Positions 34,524 through 45,500 of a stretch of DNA of 64,000 bases are shown here, one piece after another (positions within the stretch are counted from its first letter, which is position 1; the number at the start of each line of letters is the position of its first letter). Under the pieces are notes generated by a model. It made no database searches. It was given only the letters and a program-made list of their open reading frames with translations, and had not been told where the DNA came from. The position numbers and the translations under genes are program-made. Origin of the DNA: a virus; IMG/VR virus record IMGVR_UViG_3300032893_000005, positions 1-64,000 of that record; one strand, 5' to 3'.

Positions 34524-36639
34524 TAGCTGGACCGTCGATGACTTTCAGAGCATCGGCCCCAACCAGACAGTCGAGCTGAGCCCAGGCCTTTGGGCTGTTC
34601 GCGGAGAGAACCAGGACGACGGCGGATCTAACGGGTCCGGCAAGTCCAGCCTCACTCGCGCAATCAAGGTCGGCACGTTCGGCCCCAAGTTCTGCGACGT
34701 CAACGTCGACGAGCTTAGGAACTGGAACGGTAAGGGCAAGGCTAGGATTCGACTCAACTACACAGTCGACGGCCTGTCACTCGCGATCGACCGTACGCTC
34801 GGCGGCAAGCTGAAGGCTTGGCATGACGGCAAGGAACTTGAGGGCACCAGCGAGCAGGTCCAAGAGAAGATAAACGGTATCCTGAAGCTGACTCCAGAGC
34901 AGATCCTCTATCTGACCGACAAGGCTCAGGGATCGTTCGGTGGGTTCCTCCTGAAGAAGGACAAGGATAAGAAGGAGTTCCTGGGCTCGTTCTTCGAGAT
35001 GGAGAAGCTGGAGAGCGCCGCTGAAGAAGTCTCGGAAGACCTCAAGGACAAGCTGTCCGAGGCCGAGTCCACGATGTCCTGGATCAAGCAGCTTCGCACT
35101 AAGGTCGCCGAGATCGAACCATACATCAGCGACGTTACGTCTAAGATCGCCGAGCGCACGTCGCCCGAGTACACAGCACAGCTCGTCCTAACTCAGACTC
35201 AGATCCAAGAGTTGAAGAGTGAGAAGGAAGCTATTAAGACTGGACTAGAGAAGGCTGCCGCCGATCCGTCTCTCCTGAAGAAGGATTGCCCCACTTATGA
35301 TCAGATGGTTCAGGCTGCCGAGAGGTTAAAGTCTGTCGCTGGGAGTACCGGCGAATCGATGGCGGCCATCAATGCTCGACTTACCGAGCTGACTACTAAG
35401 CTAAACAGTAAGGTCGAAGTTCCCAAGGAGATGACGGACTCCCTTGCCATGATCGACCAGGCCATATCGAACTTTCACCAGGTCATGAGTAACAAGGCTA
35501 GCCTCTCTACTCGGGTCACCACTGCGACAGAGGCCATCAGTAAGTCTAGGGCATCCATAGATGCTATGAAGCCAGACACCTGCTATACCTGCGGTCAGTC
35601 GATCTCCTCTCACATATTCGAGGACCTGCGCTCCAAGGCTATGGGCGAGCATGAGAAGTTGGTCATAGCCCATCAGGAAGCTCAGGCCAAGCTAGAAGAG
35701 CTGAACAAGTTCTGCAGCGGCAGCGAGATCGCCGGTCTAACCAGTGCCAGAGACGGCGCCGTCAAGCAGATCGAGGAGTTCAACAAGTCACAGGACTCAT
35801 CCACGCTCAAGGCTGAGGCTGAGGAGCTGAAGGCAAAGCTTACGAACCTGAACTCTCTGGTGGACTCTGCCAAGAGAGAGCTATCGTTCCACGAGCAGAC
35901 CGTCAACACGTACGCAAACAACGCCTTGAGAGAGGCCAGAACTCGAGATGCTGAGATCGACAAGAGCTTGGCATCTCTGAACTTGCTTGTTAAAGAGCGT
36001 GAAGGCCAAGTGGCGTCCTTGAAGGCGTCCCTTACCTCCCTTGAAGCTCAACGCTCAAAGACGGTAGAGGAAGTAAACCGGTCCGAGAAGCAGCATGAAG
36101 AACTCCTGGCCGAGATAAACGTCTTGACGAAGGCAGCCGAAGTTCTGTCGCACAACGGGTTCCTCGGCTACATCTTTGACACCATCCTTGACGAGCTGAA
36201 CGCCAACCTGAACGAGAACCTTAAGTCTATACCGGTCGCGGCTAAGTTCAGCCTGTACTTTACGCCTGACACAGTAGTAAAGACGACCAAGTCGATCAGC
36301 AAGACCATATCTTACAAGCTGTTCTCTGGTACCCAAGAAGTGTCGTTCGCGACCTTGTCCGGCGGTGAGCAACTGTCAGTCATCCTGTCAGTCGACGAAG
36401 CTCTGGAAACTGTACTGAGCAAGCGACTTGGCGTATCCCTGTCCTGGAAGGTGTTTGACGAGCAGTTCTTCTGGATCGACGAGCACAGTAAAGAGTGCAT
36501 CTTGGACTTCCTTAGACTTAAGGCACAAGATAAAGCCTACCTGATCATCGATCACGCTGGTGAGTTCAACGCGGCCATCGACAACAGGATCAACGTCATC
36601 AAGAAGAACGGTATAGCAACGGTCGAGATATGCCAGTGA
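34507..36639 (+). CDS. sbcC: SbcC/Rad50-like ATPase
   Basis: NGSGKS, hook CYTC, LSGGE, FDE, IDH; long coiled coil. Confidence 0.9.
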   Translation: MKITLDSWTVDDFQSIGPNQTVELSPGLWAVRGENQDDGGSNGSGKSSLTRAIKVGTFGPKFCDVNVDELRNWNGKGKARIRLNYTVDGLSLAIDRTLGGKLKAWHDGKELEGTSEQVQEKINGILKLTPEQILYLTDKAQGSFGGFLLKKDKDKKEFLGSFFEMEKLESAAEEVSEDLKDKLSEAESTMSWIKQLRTKVAEIEPYISDVTSKIAERTSPEYTAQLVLTQTQIQELKSEKEAIKTGLEKAAADPSLLKKDCPTYDQMVQAAERLKSVAGSTGESMAAINARLTELTTKLNSKVEVPKEMTDSLAMIDQAISNFHQVMSNKASLSTRVTTATEAISKSRASIDAMKPDTCYTCGQSISSHIFEDLRSKAMGEHEKLVIAHQEAQAKLEELNKFCSGSEIAGLTSARDGAVKQIEEFNKSQDSSTLKAEAEELKAKLTNLNSLVDSAKRELSFHEQTVNTYANNALREARTRDAEIDKSLASLNLLVKEREGQVASLKASLTSLEAQRSKTVEEVNRSEKQHEELLAEINVLTKAAEVLSHNGFLGYIFDTILDELNANLNENLKSIPVAAKFSLYFTPDTVVKTTKSISKTISYKLFSGTQEVSFATLSGGEQLSVILSVDEALETVLSKRLGVSLSWKVFDEQFFWIDEHSKECILDFLRLKAQDKAYLIIDHAGEFNAAIDNRINVIKKNGIATVEICQ

Positions 36640-37004
36640 TGAAGCGGGTACAGAAGAAGACAGACACGCCTGATAACGTGTGGAGAGAGATCTCGATGGA
36701 AGACCTCGTCTTCGTCTGCTACGGTCCGATGGGCGACTCTCGGGCCGTCATGATCGACCGCGATGACAAGGCCAAGGTAAAGACTCTGTACGTATTCCAG
36801 TCAAAGGATGCCGCAGTGCACTACGTGAAGGAGATGGGATCAAACTTCTTCAGCGGAGAAGTGAAGCTTGGCTTCCTGATCGAGAAGCTTCGGTCAGTGT
36901 ACGAAGAGGAAAAGGATCACCAAGTCAAGTGTGTATTGACAGGCCTGGAGCAAGACGGTATCCTGTACGAACTTGACGTTCTATGGCAATTATTCACTCA
37001 TTAA
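36630..37004 (+). CDS. Hypothetical protein
   Basis: ORF in operon. Confidence 0.6.
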   Translation: MPVMKRVQKKTDTPDNVWREISMEDLVFVCYGPMGDSRAVMIDRDDKAKVKTLYVFQSKDAAVHYVKEMGSNFFSGEVKLGFLIEKLRSVYEEEKDHQVKCVLTGLEQDGILYELDVLWQLFTH

Positions 37005-37013
37005 GGAGTCACG

Positions 37014-37298
37014 ATGGACGAAGCTAAAGAGAACAAGCTGCAGAAGCTGATGAAGAAGGTCGAGGAGACTTTCGTCGATTCAGTTCGTGCTGCGAGCAAC
37101 GAGAAGTTACGTGACGAGATCATCAAGTTGACCGGCGAGATCGACGAGCAGATGGAGTCGAAGAAGAACAACACCGTACTTGCAGAGCACCGCGCCAACG
37201 CGAAGGCTTTGGCTGACGGATACAACAACGTGATCAAGGATCGCAAAGACCGCATCTCATTGATCATGCTTCTGCTGGAGAGTCGGGGAAACCTGTGA
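37014..37298 (+). CDS. Small coiled-coil protein
   Basis: AAGGAG SD; heptad pattern. Confidence 0.65.
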   Translation: MDEAKENKLQKLMKKVEETFVDSVRAASNEKLRDEIIKLTGEIDEQMESKKNNTVLAEHRANAKALADGYNNVIKDRKDRISLIMLLLESRGNL

Positions 37299-38218
37299 AA
37301 CTTTTCGCCCCGGTCCTTATGTTCCTCGCACTTCCCTCGCTGGCGATCGCCGAGCAGAACATCATTCAGAGAGTTGCTCCGAGCATCCACAAGGTCATTA
37401 CCTTCAAGAACCGTAAGGAAGACGACGTTAGTGGGTACGCCACTGCGTTCTTCGCAAAGCTACCTGACGGAAAAGTTCTCGGCATCACCAACAACCACGT
37501 CTGCGCCGTGATGATCGGAAAAGGTCGCGAGACGTTTCTTCGACTCGTCGACAGTAAGGAGAAGATCAACTACGACAAGGAAGCCTTGAAGGTCGACAAG
37601 ATCTCCATGGCCATGGGCGAAGACATCTGCTTCTTCTCCGTGAAGGGAGAGCCCGGCTCTTACCTCGAACTAGGCAACGACGTCACGAAGCTGGACAAGA
37701 TCTCTGTGGTCGGCTATCCCGGCATGCAGTTTAACATCATAGCCGAAGACGGTTACTCGTCCGACTCCATCACCCTGAACGAGGCCGCTGATTTAGTTAA
37801 ATGCCTTGGACCAGTCAACAACGAGTTCGACTACCTGATGTGCAACTCATTCAAAGGCGTGACCTTAAGTTTTCACGACGTTAGTCAGTTCCAGATCACT
37901 CCGAACATTGGGCCAGGATTTTCTGGTTCTCCAGTGATCGATCCACAAGGTAAAGTCATAGGTCTTATCGCAAGGTACGTTGAGCCTACTGAGGAGTACA
38001 CGAACGGACACGGCCTGTTCATACCAGTAAGTAAGATCAAGAAGTACGCCGAGAAGGTCGAACTCTTGAGTCCTGATGATAACCGTGTCATACTGTTCAA
38101 CTTCACTAGAAACGTAGGCATCGGCATCCATGAGTTCCTGGAGTACCAGCAGCGCGAGCGAGAGCAGTTCATCAAAGAATTACCGAAGAGGTTGATGCGT
38201 GAAAGTAATGGCCCTTGA
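37295..38218 (+). CDS. Secreted trypsin-like (S1) serine protease
   Basis: Signal peptide; TNNHV, D, PGFSGSP triad motifs. Confidence 0.85.
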   Translation: MKLFAPVLMFLALPSLAIAEQNIIQRVAPSIHKVITFKNRKEDDVSGYATAFFAKLPDGKVLGITNNHVCAVMIGKGRETFLRLVDSKEKINYDKEALKVDKISMAMGEDICFFSVKGEPGSYLELGNDVTKLDKISVVGYPGMQFNIIAEDGYSSDSITLNEAADLVKCLGPVNNEFDYLMCNSFKGVTLSFHDVSQFQITPNIGPGFSGSPVIDPQGKVIGLIARYVEPTEEYTNGHGLFIPVSKIKKYAEKVELLSPDDNRVILFNFTRNVGIGIHEFLEYQQREREQFIKELPKRLMRESNGP

Positions 38219-38780
38219 TCCAGCAGGCGAGTCGTTCGGAGTAGTGGTCTTAGAACCCACTCCGTCCGGCATGCTAGGCATCTCCTGGAGTCACCTCCTC
38301 TCTGCCCCTTCAGAGTGGGGCATCTCCCAGAAGAACTGCTACATGGCACACGCCGTTGCCGCGATGATCGCCCTAGAAAAGCCTGATCACGTAGTAAGCG
38401 AGAAGCCTTGGGGCATGGGGTTCTCGAAGCAGTCTCTAACCGAGCTGATCGGCGCGATAAAGGCTGAGATCTGGGATGACATATCGTGGCAAAGCATCTC
38501 CGAGGCACGACGCTCTGTGCTGGGAGACGGATGGGGAGACTCCACGAAGCAGATGTCTGCCGAGTGGATCGAGCAATACCCCTGGTCACCCGGAGCTAAG
38601 AAGTTCATCCGCGCACAGCTTGAGAAGGCCAACCCGGAAACCAAGGATGGGTACGACATCCTAGATGCAATTCTACATGGCTTGTGTTTTATGGTGAGCA
38701 AGGGTATTATAGCTCCTAAGCACAAGGAGCCTAAGGCTAAGAAGGAAAGAAAGAAGAAGGTGAAAGATGCAGTCGTTTGA
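38199..38780 (+). CDS. RuvC-like Holliday junction resolvase
   Basis: ALDP....G, VVSE, D..DA. Confidence 0.75.
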   Translation: MKVMALDPAGESFGVVVLEPTPSGMLGISWSHLLSAPSEWGISQKNCYMAHAVAAMIALEKPDHVVSEKPWGMGFSKQSLTELIGAIKAEIWDDISWQSISEARRSVLGDGWGDSTKQMSAEWIEQYPWSPGAKKFIRAQLEKANPETKDGYDILDAILHGLCFMVSKGIIAPKHKEPKAKKERKKKVKDAVV

Positions 38781-39588
38781 TCCAGATGAGTATAACATGG
38801 GAGATCAAGCTGACCAGCTCATCCAAGAAGTTCAGCAGACCGAGGCTGAAGAGGCACAGGTAGAAGCTGAGACTGACGAGGCCCTCGCCGCCGCCATGAT
38901 GCGGATGGAAGAGGCAAACCTTTGGAAGATCCTCATCAAACAAGACGTGTTCGAGCAAGGTTCTGCCCGTCCCGAGATCCTTACCGCAGCTAACAAGAAG
39001 TTGAAGAAGTTTGCACTTACGCAGCTCAACCAACTCTTAAACATTGGCCAGCAAGAGCAAGAGAAGAAGCAGGAGTTCCCCCTCTCTAGGGAAGAGATCT
39101 TCGCACTGAAGGTACTCGCCTCCCGCCTTCTCAAGACAGAGACTCCGTCTGTGCCAGTCCCGACCGATACCGAGCGCGTTCCGAGCGTTAGGACCGTTGC
39201 CGCGCCTGAGCCGTCTGTTCGTACGGTATCTGCCGCCGAGCCGTCAGTGCGTAAGGTAGCTCCTGCTCAGCCGCAGCAGAGACAGGCTCCTCCAAAGCAG
39301 CCTGGAAGGGTAGCTCCTAAGGTTCCAGGTCGTACTCCTAAGAAGGGTGCCGACGCTGGATATGCCTTACCTAAGAATCGACGCCCTATGCCGACAGCAG
39401 ACCAGCTGATCGGAACCATGCAGCAGCCTAAGGTCGCGGTTACCGCTGAAAACATCTCTCAGCGAGACATGAACGTCGTAAACCCGCAAGACCTTGTGAG
39501 TAATTTAGTTCAGCAGTTGACCGGCGGTAACGTAGTAGCGAACGACACGTCGACCACTGATGCAGATGACGTTAACTCAAGAATGTAA
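38767..39588 (+). CDS. Hypothetical protein with Pro-rich 10-aa repeats
   Basis: PSVR[TK]VxAxE x3. Confidence 0.65.
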   Translation: MQSFDPDEYNMGDQADQLIQEVQQTEAEEAQVEAETDEALAAAMMRMEEANLWKILIKQDVFEQGSARPEILTAANKKLKKFALTQLNQLLNIGQQEQEKKQEFPLSREEIFALKVLASRLLKTETPSVPVPTDTERVPSVRTVAAPEPSVRTVSAAEPSVRKVAPAQPQQRQAPPKQPGRVAPKVPGRTPKKGADAGYALPKNRRPMPTADQLIGTMQQPKVAVTAENISQRDMNVVNPQDLVSNLVQQLTGGNVVANDTSTTDADDVNSRM

Positions 39589-39611
39589 GTAAACACGAAC
39601 AGGAGAAAACA

Positions 39612-40322
39612 ATGTCCGACTCTACCCAAGAACAGCCACTCGCAGCGCCCAACGATCCAACCTCGGCACCACCTCAGGCACCGGCGCAAGATGCCGCTCC
39701 TGCTCAGTCGCCAGAACAGCCTCCTCAGGCACCGGCGGCACCGGTAGCTCCTCCTGCTCCCAAGCAAGAGGCTCCAAAGACCTTCTTGCAGCAGTTCAAC
39801 GACCTGCAGGCTGCAGTTGCCCACCACGGACGACTCTTGCAAGAAGTTGAGATGGCGTTCTCGATCACCGGCGCTACGATGAACGAGAGCATCAACGAGC
39901 AGCAGCTCATCACTGACCAACTTCAGGCCATCTACCTCCTCTCAGAGGAAGGAAAACCTCTGACTCGCGTCAACGTCGCGAACAAGGTCAACGACCTGCG
40001 CATCCTGGAAGTGCAAGCTCGCCTGAAGAAGGACGAGGAAGAAAACATCATCCGTAAGATTGACACCGTCAGCCTGCGATCGATCATCGTATACGACGAC
40101 TCTCAGAAGAACGAGGCCTACGCTGTGAAGCCGGTCTCGAAGCTTCCCAAAGAGTTGTCTGACCAGTTGGTCGGCAAGAAGGCTGGTGATACCGTCGGAA
40201 CGATGAAGATCACGGCCATCTACGAGATGGTACCGCAGACTGAACGCCAAGCGGCTCAAGAAGCCAAGGCCGCAGCACTTGCTGCCGCACAATCAGCAGC
40301 TCCGACTGCTCCCCAGGGGTAA
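39612..40322 (+). CDS. Hypothetical protein (C-terminus resembles GreA-C/FKBP-like fold)
   Basis: LVGKKAGDTV; Pro/Ala-rich N-terminus; AGGAG SD. Confidence 0.55.
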   Translation: MSDSTQEQPLAAPNDPTSAPPQAPAQDAAPAQSPEQPPQAPAAPVAPPAPKQEAPKTFLQQFNDLQAAVAHHGRLLQEVEMAFSITGATMNESINEQQLITDQLQAIYLLSEEGKPLTRVNVANKVNDLRILEVQARLKKDEEENIIRKIDTVSLRSIIVYDDSQKNEAYAVKPVSKLPKELSDQLVGKKAGDTVGTMKITAIYEMVPQTERQAAQEAKAAALAAAQSAAPTAPQG

Positions 40323-41578
40323 TGATGAGTAAATCTAAGGCCGAGAAGTCTGTAGCTGACTCAGTCGCTGCAGACATTCGCCTGGTAGCCAAGGCTGCAG
40401 GCGTAGAACCCTGGACTCTGACGAAGGCGCAGTACAACAAGTTCGGAGGTAAGTTCTCCGAGTGGGACGTACGTAAGATTGGCGGCTTCAACAGCGTTCG
40501 CAACTCCTACTTCGCTCCGCAAGAGCCCAAGGATCACGCAATCATATCCGACATGAGCGAGATCCGCCGGGAGTACAACAAGCTCCTGAAAGACTTTGGC
40601 GACGTCGAGAGACTTCACAAGCGAGTCAGAGAGTCTTTGGTTAAGATGCCGAAGATGTCTGGCCCGATGTACAAGCCTAAGAAGGCCACGGCCAAGATCG
40701 AGCGTACCGTAAACGCGGTATGGTCAGATCACCACGTAGGATCTGACATCGTGGCTAAGGAGACCAACATCAACTACGGCAAGGTCGAGGAAGCTCGTGC
40801 CTTGGCAGCCTTAACCCTCAACATCGCAGAGTATAAGACTCAGTACCGGGACAACACCCGACTGAACCTCTTGATCCTCGGCGACTTGATCGAGAACGAG
40901 CTGCACGATCGGACGTCCGCTGACCTCCTGCATATCCAAACGTGCCGTGCGATCTTCATATATCCTCAGGCCATACGGTTCTTAGCATCTCAGTTCCGTA
41001 GGATCGACGTATCGTTCGCAGTTGGTAACCACGGTCGCGATACTGCTGTTCATCACAGTCGTGCCACGGCCCTCAAGTACAACGCGATCGAGACCACGAT
41101 CTACTACGCTATCCGCATCGCCATGTCTGAGTACAAGAACGTGTTCTTCCATCAGCCGATGACTCCTTGGGTTGAGTTCGATGCGTCTGGGTATCGCGGG
41201 TATGCGACTCACGGCGATACCAACTTGAATCCAGGCAATCCTGGCAAGAAGGTGAACATCGAGAGCCTGGAGAACCAGACCAACAAGATCAACGCTTCCT
41301 TGAAGGACACCGACGAGTACAAGATCTTCGTCTGCGGCCACATCCACCAAGCATTGCATACTAGGCTGTCAAACGGAGCACACCTCTTCCTGAACGGAGC
41401 ACTGACGCCGCCGAACACCTTCGCTCAGACCCTAAACATCATGGAAGCACCTCAGGTGCAGGTCATGTGGGAGTCTGTTCCGGGGTACCCCGTCGGCGAC
41501 GTCCGGTTCGTCGATGCATCTGACTCAGCGGGAAAAACAAAACTTGATCAGATCATCACGCCGTTCAAGGAGTTATGA
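40322..41578 (+). CDS. Calcineurin-like metallophosphoesterase
   Basis: SDHH, GDLIE, GNHG, HGD, GHIH. Confidence 0.8.
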   Translation: MMSKSKAEKSVADSVAADIRLVAKAAGVEPWTLTKAQYNKFGGKFSEWDVRKIGGFNSVRNSYFAPQEPKDHAIISDMSEIRREYNKLLKDFGDVERLHKRVRESLVKMPKMSGPMYKPKKATAKIERTVNAVWSDHHVGSDIVAKETNINYGKVEEARALAALTLNIAEYKTQYRDNTRLNLLILGDLIENELHDRTSADLLHIQTCRAIFIYPQAIRFLASQFRRIDVSFAVGNHGRDTAVHHSRATALKYNAIETTIYYAIRIAMSEYKNVFFHQPMTPWVEFDASGYRGYATHGDTNLNPGNPGKKVNIESLENQTNKINASLKDTDEYKIFVCGHIHQALHTRLSNGAHLFLNGALTPPNTFAQTLNIMEAPQVQVMWESVPGYPVGDVRFVDASDSAGKTKLDQIITPFKEL

Positions 41579-41594
41579 TCGTAAGAGAGGCGGC

Positions 41595-41903
41595 ATGGGC
41601 CGAAACTCTAGGAGAAGCGAAGAACCTCGGGATGAGACTCTTCGCGGTAAGCTACGTGAGATGCACAAGGAGCTTAGACGTAAAGACCAAGAGATCCACC
41701 ATCTCCGAGCGGAGATAGACAGGCTCAAGGGACGGTCTAAGGTCAAGGAAAAGGAACCCGTTCGATCCCCAGAGAACCTTTGTCCTAACTGTGGCAGAGG
41801 TCACCTGGACATGGTAGAGATCCCGCGCAGAGGGATGGCGCCACTTAACTTCTTGTCCTGTGACTTCTGCGAGTACAAGGTCAAGAAAAATGACGGAAGA
41901 TGA
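41595..41903 (+). CDS. Coiled-coil plus zinc-ribbon protein
   Basis: CPNC...CDFC. Confidence 0.6.
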   Translation: MGRNSRRSEEPRDETLRGKLREMHKELRRKDQEIHHLRAEIDRLKGRSKVKEKEPVRSPENLCPNCGRGHLDMVEIPRRGMAPLNFLSCDFCEYKVKKNDGR

Positions 41904-42279
41904 GGCAAGATTCTACCAAGCCCTGATGCAGAACCTCCACAACGCCGTGAGCGGCAGGAGAGTCGCGCTGGAAGGATTAGAGCAAGAGAGTGCAATGCTT
42001 GAGATCTACAGGTCTAAGCATGCTTCTCTGCTAGAGATAAAGCGAGCGGCTAGGCGAGAGTACCAGCTACTGAGCATCCAGGACCTTCGCCGCTTGAAGG
42101 CAGAGATGGACGGAGTACGCGGTGCCATCCGACAGTCCAGCGAGATAGTCTCTAGGCTGGAGACTCTGGTTAAGGACCACGACATCGAGATCAGACACCT
42201 GGGAGAACGTATCGACTACTTCGTGATCAAGACGCGACGCGGCGTAGTCCTAGACTTCAAAGGTAGGACGAGTGGATAA
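41890..42279 (+). CDS. Coiled-coil hypothetical protein
   Basis: Coupled ORF. Confidence 0.55.
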   Translation: MTEDEARFYQALMQNLHNAVSGRRVALEGLEQESAMLEIYRSKHASLLEIKRAARREYQLLSIQDLRRLKAEMDGVRGAIRQSSEIVSRLETLVKDHDIEIRHLGERIDYFVIKTRRGVVLDFKGRTSG

Positions 42280-42496
42280 AGACGAACTAAGGAAAAAAGT
42301 CGAGTCTGAGACTGACTTCATCAACTCCAAGAAGTATAACAATAGTTTCAGCGAGTTCGTCGAAAACAACTCGAGTAACCGCAACAACGACAAGCTCATA
42401 TGCACGCTGCTAGTCCTGGAGCCCGACGAACTCGTCAAGCTCTGGAAGGGCATCATAGAGAAGGGTAGACGGTACTTTCGTTTTAAGGTAGATTAG
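42272..42496 (+). CDS. Hypothetical protein
   Basis: GTG start, overlaps the previous ORF. Confidence 0.55.
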   Translation: MDKDELRKKVESETDFINSKKYNNSFSEFVENNSSNRNNDKLICTLLVLEPDELVKLWKGIIEKGRRYFRFKVD

Positions 42497-42501
42497 AGGG
42501 G

Positions 42502-45500
42502 ATGTCATACTTTAAGCAACTCATAAATCCACACAGTCACACGCACTATTCATTGGATGGCGCTGCGACAGTTGAGGACGTAGTCAAGCGAACCAAAGAG
42601 CTTGGTGCTACTCACGTCGCCGTGACGGAGCATGGAAACATGAACTCCGCGCTCGAGCTGTTCGAGAAGGCGGGTAAGTCAGGCCTTAAGCCCATCTGTG
42701 GGATCGAACTCTACGTTCAGTCGCCGTTCTTGGAAGAGCTTCGCAAGATCGTTACGTTTGAAGTTCAGCAGTCAGGAAAGATAAAGGATGCCGAAGACCT
42801 CGAGAAGAAGGTCGAGAAGGCTATGAAGAACGAGTACGTTCACCTCACCGTCCATTTCAAGGACGAGTGGGCCTACCAGTACTTCTGCAAGCTTACTCCT
42901 GCGATGGAAGAGCGAGCCGTGGTCAAGTGGGGAGAGCGCAAGCCGATCGCTACCCTCGAAGAGATCCGAGGAGCTGCCGGTCACATAACTATCTGCTCGT
43001 CATGCCTGATCGGGATGACTCAGAAGTTCATCCTCCCTCGCAAGAAGTCTGGCATCGCCACTCCAGAGCTGGCCGAGAAGGCTTACAGGATCATACGCGA
43101 GATAGCAGGGAAGGATGACTTCTACGTAGAGATCTTTCCTCACGAGATTACCCACGAGTGGTCTCGTCCCGACAAGGACAAGCCTGGTACCGGCAAGTTC
43201 GTTCCGCACGAGTGCACGCAGTACGCACCAGACGGCGACATCCAGAAGCCAGCCAACGAGTTCATGATCCACCTAGCCAACAAGTACAACGACCCGATCA
43301 TAGTATCACTGGACTCTCACTTCGCTTACCCAGAACAGAAGATCGTTCAAGATGCCCGGCTCGGTAACGGTGACGAGAACTGGAAGTTCTACAACTCGTA
43401 CCACATCCTTACGTCTCAAGAGGCATTCCAGTCACTCAACAAGACGCTGAAGGTCGACAAGAAGACATTCGAGGGATGGATCGATAACTCGTACAAGTTC
43501 GGCAGCCGGTTCGACAACTTCAAGCTGGTGACCTCGAAGCAGCGCTGGGTTCTCCAGCCGCTCCCTCCAAACTGGCAAGAACTTCTCCTCAAGTACATCG
43601 AAGCCTTCGGTCGAATGGACTGGAATAACCAAGCCATGCTCGAGCGTCTCAAGTACGAGATCGACGTTCTGGCAAACAACGGCAAGCTCAACCTAATGTC
43701 ATACTTCTTCACCGTGATGGACATAGCAGAGTTCTGCCGTAACAACGACGTCCTTATGAACGTGAGGGGATCTGCTGGCGGCGTACTCCTGCTCTACCTC
43801 GTAGGCGTGAGCGCCGTAAATCCTCTGAAGCATAACCTGTCGTTCGAGCGCTTCCTGACTACTGGCCGCATCAAGGCAAACACCCTGCCAGACGTGGACA
43901 TGGACATCTCCGACCAAGACAAGGTATTCGAGTATCTGACGAACAAGTACGGAGACGCCTTCTGCAGGATCTCAGTAGATTCACAGCTCAAGCTCAAGTC
44001 ATCGATCCAAGACGCTGAGCGCGTTAAGTTTGGCAAAGTTCGACCTGAAACTATGAAGCTGTGCAAGTCAATCAAGGCAGCTCCGACCGGCATGGACGAC
44101 TACTTATACGTCTTTGGCGGCGTCGACCAGCAGGGAAACCCGGTCATAGGCTTACTCGAGACCCATAAAGGCCTCAAAGATTACGCAGAGAACAATCCTG
44201 AAGTCTGGAAGCAAGTAGTGGAGATGTTGGGCATCATTCGACAGAAGAGCCAGCACGCTTGTGGCGTGGTTATCGCTGACAGGCCAGTCCAGGACTACGT
44301 TCCTGTGACCAAGGTTGGCGGAGTCCGAGTAACCGGCTTCTCCCCGAAGCAGCTCGAGGCTGCAGGCCTTGTGAAGCTGGACCTACTAGGCCTAAACACC
44401 CTTCGAGACATGAACTTATGCCTGAAGCTGATCAAGGAGCGCCACGGCGTTACCCTGGACTGGAGCAATCTGCCGTACGACGAGGAGTGCTTCAGGTGGT
44501 TCGCTGAAGGAAAGGTCGCTGGCGTATTCCAGTTCGACTCCTTCACGGCAATCCCCCTCCTCAAGGGAATAAAGCCGAGGGACATAGACGGGCTCTCTGC
44601 TACCACGGCTCTTGGCCGACCAGGTACGACCGACGCTCCTGAGAGCGCAACTTCCAGCCGTACCTTAGCCGACGTGTTCGTTGCTCGAGCGCAGGGCGAG
44701 AAGATTCGGTACGTCAACGATGACCTTGAGCCAATCTTGAAAGAAACATATGGCATCGCACTCTACCAAGAGCAGACGATCCAGATCTTCCGTGACCTGG
44801 CGAACTACACCGCAGAAGACGGTGAAGGTGTTCGTCGCGGTATCGGTAAGAAGGATGCTGACCTACTCGCCAAGTATACCAAGGACCTCAAGGACAAGGT
44901 TCTGGCGCGTGGCTGGACCGAGGAGCAGGTTCAACTTCTCATGGACCAGATCATGGCGAGTTCCCGGTACTCGTTCAACAAGTCTCACTCGACCAGCTAC
45001 GCTTACGTCGCATACGCTGGCATGTACCTGAAGATTCACTACCCTCTTGAGTTCTGGACATCGATCTTGACCTTTGCTTCTAAGAAAGACCTCAAAGACT
45101 ACTGGACGCACGTAGAAGACTTCGTGAAGTATCCTGACGTCAACAGGTCGAAGGAGACTTTCCAGATCGCCAAGAGGGAAGACGGCACTGAGTACATCCA
45201 GTCTCCGATCAACTTGATCGATGGAGTTGGACCGGCCACAGCCAAGGAGATCATCAACAAGGCACCATACGCCTCGCTCGAAGACTTCGTTAAGCGCATC
45301 AATCGACGCATCGTTAACAAGAAGATCGTAACTCGACTGGTGTTCTCTGGAACTATGGACTGCCTGATGCCAGCAGGCCTTAACGACGCTGAGAAGCTCG
45401 ACCTCTACCTTCAGACGAAGGCCCTGGTGGACAACGAGAAGAAGGAAGCTGTCCCAGCCCAGTACCTCTCGTTCACTCCGCTCATGAACTTCCTATTCAA

